Of a stretch of 64,000 bases of DNA, positions 28,178 to 37,346 are shown piece by piece (position 1 is the stretch's first letter; every line of letters starts with the position of its first letter). A program made the position numbers and the translations under genes. The DNA lies in IMG/VR virus record IMGVR_UViG_3300045988_076381; one strand, 5' to 3'. The notes beneath the pieces were generated by a model. The model saw only the letters and a list, made by a program, of their open reading frames with translations. It was not told the DNA's origin and ran no database searches. This stretch comes from a virus.

Positions 28178-28340
28178 GGAAGAAGAAGATGTTAGCCGAA
28201 TAATCCTAACAATGTCTGAGGAAGATACTGACTGGCAGACTAAGGAAGATACTATTCTATCATATTATAATGGATTGAATAGAGTAATAGAAGGAGATAG
28301 AGATATTATTGACAATAACTCTTTTCTTAAACAAAGATAA
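28178..28340 (+). CDS. ferritin, exon 2
   Basis: In frame after splicing: (at+g=M)EEEDVSRIILTMSEEDTDWQTKEDTILSYYNGLNRVIEGDRDIIDNNSFLKQR*. Confidence 0.7.
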
Positions 28341-28359
28341 TAATTTAATATAATAACTT

Positions 28360-29004
28360 ATGTTAGTTCTAGATAATATTAATTCAGTCTCGGATGTAAT
28401 TACAAATTCCTCATCGGAATTATTTGTAATAAACGATAAAAATACTACATTAGACCATCTTAAGAATATAATCAATCCTATATTAGATGGTTATTATGAA
28501 CCATTTGTATTTAATTTAGATACGTTTAGAAAATGGGTAGAAAGTTCCGAAGAGGATAATTCTACGGATATAGACGCATGTTTTCAGACTATATACGACT
28601 GGTTCATTGATTTAGAGTGTCCTAGTGGTTTAACTTACTATATTAGGGATACTCTTTATAAGTTACGGTTAGAGGACTATATTAAATTAGAAAATAGTCT
28701 ACTTAAAGAATTATACGCGGAATTAATTAAAAAGTATGATACTAATTATTCCTCATATAAAGAAATTGAAGCTTTTCTTCAAACATATGATGAAGACAAA
28801 ATAAACAAAATCATAGACTATTTGCTAAATACAAATTTCGAATATGACATTCGAAAATTAAATGGAAAGATTATTCTCCTTTCCGAGGAGGAGAATTCCA
28901 TTTCATGTAGTAGAAAATTTAACCGCTCAGAATTTGCGGAAGATTCTGATGTATTTCAATGGCTTGAGCATAATTTTAATATTACATATTATCATTTAGG
29001 ATGA
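28360..29004 (+). CDS. hypothetical protein, SD(I/V)ITNSSSE family member 1
   Basis: N-terminus MLVLDNINSVSDVITNSSSELFVI. Confidence 0.6.
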   Translation: MLVLDNINSVSDVITNSSSELFVINDKNTTLDHLKNIINPILDGYYEPFVFNLDTFRKWVESSEEDNSTDIDACFQTIYDWFIDLECPSGLTYYIRDTLYKLRLEDYIKLENSLLKELYAELIKKYDTNYSSYKEIEAFLQTYDEDKINKIIDYLLNTNFEYDIRKLNGKIILLSEEENSISCSRKFNRSEFAEDSDVFQWLEHNFNITYYHLG

Positions 29005-29426
29005 GATTTAAAATACATTCAATATCAGATATTATAACAAACAGTAGTTCAGAAGTATTTCTTGTTTCTAAAGATAGTGAGATAAAGAATATAAAAGGAT
29101 TGCAAGAGAAACTGAATTTAGGAGACGTATCTGATTTACTAAAGTTTATACATACTTATAGTTGGGGTATAGATAAAGACTATAATTATGGAGATTTATG
29201 TATAACACTTGATCATATACGTGATATAACTAATGCTTTCAGTAACTACTTCAATGATAGTGACTGGGATGATAATATCTCAAAAATAGGTATATTACGT
29301 GATGAGATGTACAAAGTATTTGCTGAGAGTTTTAAAGATATAGTAGCTATAGTAATAGATAATGGCTATTATTATGAATTTATTGCAAATAATCCAAATT
29401 TAAAATATGAAAACTTTCCATATTAA
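29001..29426 (+). CDS. hypothetical protein, SDIITNSSSE family member 2
   Basis: N-terminus MRFKIHSISDIITNSSSEVFLV, with an ATGA overlap onto member 1. Confidence 0.6.
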   Translation: MRFKIHSISDIITNSSSEVFLVSKDSEIKNIKGLQEKLNLGDVSDLLKFIHTYSWGIDKDYNYGDLCITLDHIRDITNAFSNYFNDSDWDDNISKIGILRDEMYKVFAESFKDIVAIVIDNGYYYEFIANNPNLKYENFPY

Positions 29427-29715
29427 AATTCATTCTATTTCAGATATTATTACTAATAGTAGTTCCGAGACCTTTTGTTTTATTTATAGTGAAGATATAT
29501 CTAAAGTATTAAAAGTATTATCTCCTTATTTTGGGAACTATGATGTTTTTGATGAATGTTGTGCACAAATATATGGTCCTTTTCAAGAAGGTATAGAGGA
29601 TCCTTATATTGAAATTAGATGTTCCGAAGATTATAGACCTTCGTTACTAGAAGAAGGATTAAGATATGTATTAGATAAAAATAATATTGATTATACAATA
29701 TCAAAAGAAGAATAA
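29407..29715 (+). CDS. hypothetical protein, SDIITNSSSE family member 3
   Basis: N-terminus MKTFHIKIHSISDIITNSSSETFCF, with a 20-nt overlap onto member 2. Confidence 0.6.
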   Translation: MKTFHIKIHSISDIITNSSSETFCFIYSEDISKVLKVLSPYFGNYDVFDECCAQIYGPFQEGIEDPYIEIRCSEDYRPSLLEEGLRYVLDKNNIDYTISKEE

Positions 29716-30007
29716 AAAATATCTTTATATATGGAGTCAATAATAGAGTTCCAATAATTTTTGTATTTGATTCTAAATACTATAATGAAACTACTATAAG
29801 TAATATATTAAATAAACTATTAGAGCCTGAGGGAAGATCATACGAAGATTTCTTTAGAAAGATCCAACCGGCTATTGAAGTAACAACATGCTGCAATCCT
29901 AAAGACTTAGTAGTACTAACTTATGAGATACCCTATTGGATGAGACTTTATTTAGAGAATTTACATAATGTAAAAGGTTATAGTTGTTTAACTTTATAAA
30001 TTAAGAG

Positions 30008-30475
30008 ATGAAAGATTTTAAACACTTTGGAGTTAGGTTTAAAGGTATAAGTAGTTGTAATTATACCGCAATATGGAGTAATTTAATTACAATACGTCTT
30101 GGAGATAAAGAGATTAAAGAACTTCCAGCAGATAAAGCTGAGTTTTATGACGTTTCATTAGGAGATAAATGTGTTACTGGGAAATGTAATTTCTGCTTAG
30201 TACCAGAAACACATATACTTACTAATGAGGGTGATAAATATATAACAGACATAAAAACAGAAGACTTAGTGTTTTCTTACAATGAGTGTAGTGGAGATAT
30301 TGAGTTAAAAAAAGTAGACCAAGTATTTGAAAGAGTATATGAAGGAGAACTTATTGAAGTGGTTACAGAAATCGGAACTTTAAGACTGACTCCGAATCAT
30401 AAAATATATACTAGAAATAGAGGATGGATTGCAGCGTGTAATCTACAAGTGTCAGACGAATTGTTAGAATTTTAA
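30008..30475 (+). CDS. radical-SAM-like protein N-extein (aa 1-62) fused to split-intein N fragment (aa 63-155)
   Basis: The extein ends ...LGDKCVTGKCNF. The intein half starts at 30194 with CLVPETHILTNEGDKYITDI (block A), then TLRLTPNHKIYT (block B), then a stop codon. Confidence 0.7.
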   Translation: MKDFKHFGVRFKGISSCNYTAIWSNLITIRLGDKEIKELPADKAEFYDVSLGDKCVTGKCNFCLVPETHILTNEGDKYITDIKTEDLVFSYNECSGDIELKKVDQVFERVYEGELIEVVTEIGTLRLTPNHKIYTRNRGWIAACNLQVSDELLEF

Positions 30476-30509
30476 TATCCGAAAAGTTGGAAGTATTAAA
30501 ATAGATTAT

Positions 30510-30517
30510 TATTTTTG
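30510..30517 (+). promoter_or_regulatory. -7 box TAttTTTG upstream of the free-standing HNH gene
   Basis: It lies 31 nt upstream of the ATG at 30548, in the 72-nt spacer after the N-intein stop. Confidence 0.4.
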
Positions 30518-30547
30518 TATATAAAATAATAACTAATTTTAATACTT

Positions 30548-31669
30548 ATGAAAACATGTAAATATTGTGGATGTGATATATCCCACCTAAGAGCTAATGC
30601 TACCACTTGTGGATCGAGAGAATGTATAAATGCGTATAGAAGAGAACGTAAATCCAAACCTAAGGAGCCAAGAACTTGCGAAATTTGTGGAACGTCTATA
30701 GACGATCTTCCTGGACAAAGGAGAATTTGTAAAAATCCAGAATGTGAAGCGGAGCAAAAAAGAAGAAAATATGCACAGGCCTTAAAAGAAAAAATATGTA
30801 AAAAATGTGGAGATACTTTCCTTGGCACTTCTAAACAAACCTGTTGTGAAAACTGTAGAAAACATAAAGATATAACATTTAAAGTTATAGAACAGAAAGT
30901 AGTTTGTGAAGATTGTGGAGCCTTACTAAGGACCGAAAGTAAAAAAGTTAATGGAAAAACTAAGGAGATTATAGCAAAAGGAATGTGTGATGATTGTAAA
31001 CAAAAACATAGAGAGAAACTTAGTTTACAAATGAAAGAACATAATCCTATGTTTGATCCTGAGATAGTTAAAAAAACTTCGGAGACAAGACGATATAAGT
31101 ATCTACAAAAATGTGAAGAAGAAGAAAGGCTTCCTTATGTAAGAAAAGGATGTAAAGGTGAAACTAGGGAAGAAATGATTCAAAGAATGAAAGAACACAA
31201 TCCTATGTTTGATCCTGAAACTAGAGCAAAGGTCAGCAAAACTCTTAAAGAAAAAATTTTATCTGGAGAAATTATTTATGCTAAAGGTCCAGAACATCAT
31301 TTGTGGAAAGGTAATAGAAATTTTAATAAGGCAGTACGTATAGAATTAAGAAAATGGGTTAAAGAACAAATGGAAAAGGTTCATTATATATGCCAAAAAT
31401 GTGGGAAAACACGCACCGAATTACATGTACACCATTTACATCCATTAAGGGATATAATTTTGGATACTTTAAATAAAAATAATTTAACTATCATAGATAT
31501 AAATAGTATGGAGGGTTCAGAACAATATTTTGATATAATTAAACAAATAATTGAATATCATTATCAACATAATGATATCGGAATTGTTGTTTGTCCCCAA
31601 TGTCATAATGAACTAGATAGTTATTATAAAAGAAAAACTCATGAAAATAGTAAGTATAAAGAAAGTTAA
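30548..31669 (+). CDS. free-standing HNH homing endonuclease with zinc ribbons and NUMOD3-like repeats
   Basis: At least four CxxC...CxxC ribbons. MKEHNPMFDPE occurs twice (NUMOD3-like). The HNH core is HVHHLHPLRDI...VCPQCHNELD. The gene lies between the two intein halves. Confidence 0.75.
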   Translation: MKTCKYCGCDISHLRANATTCGSRECINAYRRERKSKPKEPRTCEICGTSIDDLPGQRRICKNPECEAEQKRRKYAQALKEKICKKCGDTFLGTSKQTCCENCRKHKDITFKVIEQKVVCEDCGALLRTESKKVNGKTKEIIAKGMCDDCKQKHREKLSLQMKEHNPMFDPEIVKKTSETRRYKYLQKCEEEERLPYVRKGCKGETREEMIQRMKEHNPMFDPETRAKVSKTLKEKILSGEIIYAKGPEHHLWKGNRNFNKAVRIELRKWVKEQMEKVHYICQKCGKTRTELHVHHLHPLRDIILDTLNKNNLTIIDINSMEGSEQYFDIIKQIIEYHYQHNDIGIVVCPQCHNELDSYYKRKTHENSKYKES

Positions 31670-32522
31670 TTATAATGGAAAGGTATATAATATTGGAGTG
31701 AGAGATAATAATAATTATTTTGCATCTAATATTTTAGTACATAACTGCTATGTATCTTCTAATCCAAATGGGGAGTATTATACTAATGTATGTGAAACAT
31801 GGAAGAAGTTTATTGCTACATTTGCTCCAGATAAGAAAGAAAAGAATATCACTATCACAGAAAAACCCTTTCAAATAGCGATTGGATCTGAAGGCTCTGC
31901 GGACGAGTCGCCGGAGTTCTGTGATTTCTTGGAAACTGTATATAATACTGGAGTAGTTCCTAATTATACTACTAACGGAGTAATTCTATCATATTATGAT
32001 AAGCCTGGAACAGAATATTATGACTTGGCGAATAAAATCCTTAAATATACTCACGATTATGTAGCAGGAGTTGCTGTCTCGTTTGGAAACAAATCTCTCC
32101 GATCTTATGCAGAAAATGCTATAAAAGGATTATTAGAAAAAGGAGATTGTCATATTAATATTCATCATATAATATCTGATAAAGCCTCTGTACAAGACTT
32201 TATAGATAGTTGGTATAATTACTCAGACGATATAAAATATCATGTCCTATTGCCTCTAATGCCCTCTGGAAGGTCTACTAAAGGATTAGAACCAGGAGTA
32301 TGGGAAATTCTAGAAAAAGCGATTAAAGATTTAAATATTACAAATGTTGCCTTTGGAGCTCATTTTTATAAATATCTAACAGATTCATCAATTAAAGCTT
32401 GGATATATCCTCCCGAAAGTTTAAGTAAGAATATGATTCTTAAAAATGGGAAAGTTATTATTACTCCAAGCTCCTTTGATTTAACTCCTATTAAAACATT
32501 TGATTTTAATGAGAAAATATAA
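31641..32522 (+). CDS. split-intein C fragment (35 aa) fused to radical-SAM-like C-extein
   Basis: MKIVSIKKVNYNGKVYNIGVRDNNNYFASNILVHN|CYVSS matches blocks F and G with a +1 Cys at 31746. The extein has IGSEGSADESPEF and YTTNGVIL (radical-SAM-like). Confidence 0.7.
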   Translation: MKIVSIKKVNYNGKVYNIGVRDNNNYFASNILVHNCYVSSNPNGEYYTNVCETWKKFIATFAPDKKEKNITITEKPFQIAIGSEGSADESPEFCDFLETVYNTGVVPNYTTNGVILSYYDKPGTEYYDLANKILKYTHDYVAGVAVSFGNKSLRSYAENAIKGLLEKGDCHINIHHIISDKASVQDFIDSWYNYSDDIKYHVLLPLMPSGRSTKGLEPGVWEILEKAIKDLNITNVAFGAHFYKYLTDSSIKAWIYPPESLSKNMILKNGKVIITPSSFDLTPIKTFDFNEKI

Positions 32523-32829
32523 AAAGAAAAAGAACAGGTATAGACCAAATAAGGTCTATCCTGTTAAGGATATGCTAATAATAATGGTGAATGAGGAATT
32601 AAGACCTTACAATAAAACAGTAGATGATATAAAGGGTATTGAAGAATGGTATAATTTATATACTTTTAACACTAAATCTCAAGAAGAAGTTTGGAAAGAT
32701 TATTGTAATAAATTAATTCGTAGACATTTAACTCCTTGGTATATAGATAAAAAACATGCGAGAATACAGCTCAGTTGGGTAGCACTACAAGTTGGATTAT
32801 ATCCGAAATATTTAAAATATGAAAATTAG
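32500..32829 (+). CDS. hypothetical protein
   Basis: 109-aa ORF only. Confidence 0.55.
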   Translation: MILMRKYKKKKNRYRPNKVYPVKDMLIIMVNEELRPYNKTVDDIKGIEEWYNLYTFNTKSQEEVWKDYCNKLIRRHLTPWYIDKKHARIQLSWVALQVGLYPKYLKYEN

Positions 32830-33613
32830 AGTAATAGGAGATCTTCATGGTAGAGATTGGTGGAAGAGAAAAGTTGAAACTGGAGATTCTGATTTAAATA
32901 TTTTCTTAGGGGATTATGTTGATTCTTATATTGTTTCTGATGAAGGAATAATAAATAATTTATTAGATATAATTGAATTTAAGAAAGCATATGAGGATAA
33001 AGTAATATTATTATTGGGCAATCATGAATTTAATTATATTTCTCCTTATATAGGTTATTGTTCTGGATATAGATATAGTATATCTGATAAACTCCAAGAT
33101 ATTTACAGAACCAATCTGCACTTATTTAAATTAAATTACAATATTAAGATATATAATCCAGAAACGGAAAAGATAGATAGAACTTACTGGTTTTCTCATG
33201 CCGGAATTACAAGTAAATGGTTATCTTTTTATGGACAAATATTTAATAATATTGAGAATGAAAAAGATATAGCTTTTAATCATTTATACTATCCTAATCT
33301 CTGCGAAAAGATAAATTTATCTATAGATTCTTATAGATATTTATCTCAAGTAATGTCTATATCTATGTGTAGAGGTGGTAGTAATTTCTATGGTGGACCA
33401 TTATGGTCAGATATGTTAGAATCTAAAAGAGATTTTCTTAAGTATGATCCAGAAATTCCTTTATATGATGCTCCTGTAATACAATACGTAGGACATACCA
33501 CAGTAAATCCAGAAGAACAAACAGTTTTCAGAGATAAAGACTCAAGAAGTGAAATTCATTATTGTGATTTTGGAAATAGTGCAGAATATAATGATATTAT
33601 AATCGAAGTATGA
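32819..33613 (+). CDS. metallophosphoesterase (PPP-family Ser/Thr phosphatase / ApaH-like)
   Basis: IRVIGDLHGR, FLGDYVDS and LLGNHE motifs. Confidence 0.8.
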   Translation: MKIRVIGDLHGRDWWKRKVETGDSDLNIFLGDYVDSYIVSDEGIINNLLDIIEFKKAYEDKVILLLGNHEFNYISPYIGYCSGYRYSISDKLQDIYRTNLHLFKLNYNIKIYNPETEKIDRTYWFSHAGITSKWLSFYGQIFNNIENEKDIAFNHLYYPNLCEKINLSIDSYRYLSQVMSISMCRGGSNFYGGPLWSDMLESKRDFLKYDPEIPLYDAPVIQYVGHTTVNPEEQTVFRDKDSRSEIHYCDFGNSAEYNDIIIEV

Positions 33614-33640
33614 AGAATATTTATGTAAATAAAAATAATT

Positions 33641-34111
33641 ATGAAAACAGTAACTATTGAAATTCCTGATGATTCAGAACTTATAAAAGAAGGAAATATC
33701 TATAAAATTTGTCAGGTAATACCTAAAACTTGGGAAGAATTTTGTAATAGAACACCTATTAGACGGGAGTATTTTATAGGTTATGATTCAAAAATAAATT
33801 TAAGAGAGAATAAAGGCAGAGCTTTTTGTGGGGATAGAAATTTATATGCATCAGAAGTAGAAGCAGAAGCCACATTAGCTCTTACTCAACTGATAAGGTT
33901 ACGAAAAGCTTGGGTAGGTGAATGGGATCCAGAGAAAGCATGCGCGAATATTTATTATATCCAAAGTACGATAGATGGAGAATTAACAGTATCATTTATA
34001 TCACGTTATGTATACCGTCATACTCTTACGTTCCCATCTAAAAGTATGACAACGCAATTTATAGAATGCTTTAGAGATTTATTAAATAGAGCCAATAGAT
34101 TTTTAGCATGA
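33641..34111 (+). CDS. hypothetical protein (intact paralog of 23885..24358)
   Basis: 156 aa (see the pseudogene entry at 23885..24358). Confidence 0.6.
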   Translation: MKTVTIEIPDDSELIKEGNIYKICQVIPKTWEEFCNRTPIRREYFIGYDSKINLRENKGRAFCGDRNLYASEVEAEATLALTQLIRLRKAWVGEWDPEKACANIYYIQSTIDGELTVSFISRYVYRHTLTFPSKSMTTQFIECFRDLLNRANRFLA

Positions 34112-34536
34112 GAGATCAGGTTTTATCAATAGATCAAATGAAACATCTAAAAGACTTAGATATTGATACTAGCGAAGCTACTTTATATTGGACACGTCGT
34201 TGTCATGGATGTAAAATTGACGACGATTCTACAGGAGAGTGGTTTCTTAGTCTACAGAAAGAGTTTCAGGTAATTGGATTTATATCTTATGAAGTGATTC
34301 CAACTTTTACCCTCCAAGATTTATTGAATGTTATCCCTCCCAGGGTATCCTCTAGATCAAATGAAGTATTTTCTCTTAGAATAGAAAGATGTATAGATGA
34401 GTGGGGAGTATACTACAGGACTATTGAGGATAGTGACGGAAGTAAACTTTTCGCTCCAATTTATGGGGATACGTTACTAGAAGCTGTTTATGAAACGCTT
34501 TGTTATCTTGCTGAAAATAATTTACTTAAAAAATAG
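34108..34536 (+). CDS. hypothetical protein
   Basis: 142 aa with an ATGA overlap. Confidence 0.6.
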   Translation: MRDQVLSIDQMKHLKDLDIDTSEATLYWTRRCHGCKIDDDSTGEWFLSLQKEFQVIGFISYEVIPTFTLQDLLNVIPPRVSSRSNEVFSLRIERCIDEWGVYYRTIEDSDGSKLFAPIYGDTLLEAVYETLCYLAENNLLKK

Positions 34537-34630
34537 AAATTATGATGAATAAGGACTGATAATATGGGATATATTGAAGACTATATAAAAGGAGGCTATG
34601 ATAAAGTAATTCTCAGAAGCCGTCTCCTAT

Positions 34631-34891
34631 GTGAAAGATAATATCAATTGCCCATTTGATAAAATATCCGGATATCCAGAGTATGCAGATACTAAGGAAC
34701 ACTCCGGATATGTATACGTTGAAAAATATACATTACACGGAGATACTTACTATGTAGCAAAAGGACGATCCAATCTCTCCTTAAAAAGAGAAGGTGATAA
34801 TAGCGAAGATAATTTTCATTGCCTTGTTGATAAAAAGACAGTATTTAAGCACTGCCATTTCGACTATTTCTACAAATTTATTATCAAATAA
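34631..34891 (+). CDS. hypothetical protein (GTG start; possibly frameshifted)
   Basis: 86 aa. A 25-codon ATG ORF (34565-34642, MGYIEDYIKGGYDKV...) overlaps it in another frame. Confidence 0.4.
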   Translation: MKDNINCPFDKISGYPEYADTKEHSGYVYVEKYTLHGDTYYVAKGRSNLSLKREGDNSEDNFHCLVDKKTVFKHCHFDYFYKFIIK

Positions 34892-34951
34892 AACATATTA
34901 ATGACGAAAACAAGAATTTGAACAATTAAAAAACCACTAAATATAATTGAG

Positions 34952-35704
34952 ATGAAAAAAGTAAACAAACCAGTTAAAGCATATAAAGGATTTAACAAGC
35001 ATATGCAATGTACGCTCAATGGGAAAATTTTCCAGTACGAAATTGGTAAGGAATATAAAGAAGATAAGGCTGATTTATGTCATTGCGGTTTTCATGCTTA
35101 CGAGAACCCTCTTGACGTTCTGAGTTATTATAATAACATTGATGACAAATTCTGCGAAGTAGAATTAGATAAAATTGATCCAAATAGAAATAAAGATTCG
35201 AAAATATGCGGAAAGAAAATAAAGATTGGTATTGAAATAGGATTCTTAGGCTTATTTAAAGCGGGAATTGAATGGATTAAAAATAAAACAATATTTACAA
35301 AAGAAGATTTTAAAAAATTACCTTCCAGTTATAATGCTAAGATCAGTTCTTCTGATTATAATGCTAGGATCGGTTCTTTTAGTGATTACGCTCGGATCGG
35401 TTCTTCCGGTGAATACGCTCAGATCGGTTCTTCCGGTGATGGTACTAAGATAGGCTCCTCCGGTAATGGTGCTAAAATCAGTTCTTCTGGTGATGATTGT
35501 GTCATAATGTGCGCTGGTATTAATTCATCAGCTAAAGCAAAAATAGGGTCATGGATTACTCTTGCAGAATGGAAGTATTCAGAAGAAAAACAAAGAGATA
35601 TCCCATTTTCAGTTGTAACAAAACAAGTAGATGGAATTGAGATAAAAGAAGATGTGTACTATACCTTACAAGATGGTAAATTTAAAGAATCAAAACAACA
35701 CTAA
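34952..35704 (+). CDS. phage repeat protein (YKGFNK...CGFHA N-domain plus SSG-x-A-x-IG repeats)
   Basis: The N-terminus KAYKGFNKHMQC...LCHCGFHAYENPLDVLSYY is a widespread phage domain of unknown function. It is followed by about 6 nine-to-ten-residue repeats. Confidence 0.55.
   Translation: MKKVNKPVKAYKGFNKHMQCTLNGKIFQYEIGKEYKEDKADLCHCGFHAYENPLDVLSYYNNIDDKFCEVELDKIDPNRNKDSKICGKKIKIGIEIGFLGLFKAGIEWIKNKTIFTKEDFKKLPSSYNAKISSSDYNARIGSFSDYARIGSSGEYAQIGSSGDGTKIGSSGNGAKISSSGDDCVIMCAGINSSAKAKIGSWITLAEWKYSEEKQRDIPFSVVTKQVDGIEIKEDVYYTLQDGKFKESKQH
35324..35497 (+). repeat. tandem 27-30-nt coding repeats
   Basis: SSYNAKI/SSSDYNARIG/SFSDYARIG/SSGEYAQIG/SSGDGTKIG/SSGNGAKIS/SSGDD. Confidence 0.8.
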
Positions 35705-36020
35705 TACCAGACAAAAAGCAAGAATCCGATGAAGTTGTAAGTATCCATCGGTTCGACATGCTTTCCAGGTATGTGAAAATGATATCATGAACAGGAAGAT
35801 AAATACATTTAAATGTCTTGTAAACGGCGATATTTCTTTATCTTGGAATGAGAATAATATTCTTAACTTATAATACTGATAAAAATTTAAAAAAATTGGA
35901 GAAATGTATACAGTAAATTTATGTAGATGTCCTTATTGTGGATCTTACCACTATGAATTAACAGGTTTTACATTCAGGGCTAATTATAATTACTTTTATT
36001 ATACTTATATGTAAAGGAGC

Positions 36021-36221
36021 ATGAATAAGTATAATTTTTTATTGCGTGCAATTTGTTTGTTTCTACTTAGTTACATCTTTGGGGTTTTGGTTTATGGTTA
36101 TATACACAAAGAAACACCATCCGCTATTGACGTATATCGTGGAAGAACGGAATTAGAAATAACTATGATTATTAGAGACTCTACTATAGTTAGTAGAGAT
36201 AGTATTGTAGTATTTAAATAA
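36021..36221 (+). CDS. small membrane protein
   Basis: 66 aa with an N-terminal hydrophobic helix. Confidence 0.5.
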   Translation: MNKYNFLLRAICLFLLSYIFGVLVYGYIHKETPSAIDVYRGRTELEITMIIRDSTIVSRDSIVVFK

Positions 36222-36228
36222 AACTTTT

Positions 36229-36699
36229 ATGAATGATATTGATTATTTAAGGTTGTTCGAAAGCCTTCCTCACTGTGATAGTATGTGTAATATCGTAGAA
36301 GATTGGGGTTATGCGCCCAATCTTTATTACTTTGATCAGGAATGGCATGTTAGTTGGATCGACAGTGCCGAAGGAGATTGCTTGTGTGATTTTGTAGGAA
36401 AATCTCCGGAAGAAGCTATCATTAACGCTCACAGAAGTATTATTATTACAGATAACTCTATAAAATTCTATAATATATTAATACCAAAAGATGAAAATAA
36501 CTTAGTAAATGATATTTGGAATACTGAAGAGGAATTACCAGAATATCATAAATTACTCTTATGTTTACATAAGAAAGGTAAATTTCTAGCTATATTACAA
36601 GAAAATCATTACTTATTCACCGTTCCTGGAAGTCTTATATATCATTTTGAGGATATTATAAAATGGGCATATGCTGATGAAATTTTTCCTAAAATATAA
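36229..36699 (+). CDS. hypothetical protein
   Basis: 156-aa ORF only. Confidence 0.6.
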   Translation: MNDIDYLRLFESLPHCDSMCNIVEDWGYAPNLYYFDQEWHVSWIDSAEGDCLCDFVGKSPEEAIINAHRSIIITDNSIKFYNILIPKDENNLVNDIWNTEEELPEYHKLLLCLHKKGKFLAILQENHYLFTVPGSLIYHFEDIIKWAYADEIFPKI

Positions 36700-36703
36700 A
36701 TCT

Positions 36704-37096
36704 ATGGGTAGAAATATAATTAAAAAGATTTTCTCTACTCCTAAATCTCCCAAACCATTAATATATAAAAATATTAAAAATTATATAAAAGAAAAACGTA
36801 ATTCCAAACACCATTCACAAAAAGAAATATATAACATATTAATAAAAGCAAAAGAAGCATACTTAGATTGTATAGAACATAATGGTGTATTAATGGGAAT
36901 GTGTTATTATATACGAAGTATTCCAGAAGTACTTTATTATATCCCAATTGCAGAACAGATTCCAAAATTTAATGAAAAGTTTTTACTTGGAATTTCTGAT
37001 ATACTAATTGGATATTGGTGGCCGCGTACTGATACAGAATCTAGAATCAAAGCATTTGATAAATTAATTGATTATTATAATCCAAAAGGAGTATAA
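36704..37096 (+). CDS. hypothetical protein, YWWP...SRIKAFDKLI family (short member)
   Basis: GMCYYIRS...IPKFNEKF...GYWWPRTDTESRIKAFDKLIDYY. The start is trimmed to the internal Met after the upstream stop. Confidence 0.55.
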   Translation: MGRNIIKKIFSTPKSPKPLIYKNIKNYIKEKRNSKHHSQKEIYNILIKAKEAYLDCIEHNGVLMGMCYYIRSIPEVLYYIPIAEQIPKFNEKFLLGISDILIGYWWPRTDTESRIKAFDKLIDYYNPKGV

Positions 37097-37346
37097 TAAT
37101 ATAGAAGTAATAATTTATATAAAATATGTTAAGTACACATGAAATATACAAACTATTTAGATTGCTCTTATCATCGTACAAATGAAGATGATTAGGATAT
37201 GATGAAGAAACAGAAATATATTGTTATCTATCAGATAGATATGTAGGGGTAACAAAGATACGATGGTTAGAGAATGGCTATAGTTATATTAATACTCCTA
37301 GTGATTATCCTCTAGGAGATATAAATAAAATTAATGAAAATTAAAT

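Noticed and set aside
35905-36015. A 36-aa zinc-ribbon-like mini-ORF (MYTVNLCRCPYCGSYHYELTGF...) in the 316-nt gap after 35704.
   Set aside because: It is too short to support from sequence alone. I noted it but did not list it as a feature.
37139-37252. Possible TAG stop-codon reassignment. The short ORF MKYTNYLDCSYHRTNEDD is followed in frame by TAG and then 16 more sense codons ending in a second TAG.
   Set aside because: Recounting showed the second TAG is followed by GGG and then TAA, so the downstream open frame is in a different frame. TAG also terminates normal-looking genes (6196, 20759). No tRNA with a CTA anticodon was found. The long genes in the window read through with the standard code.
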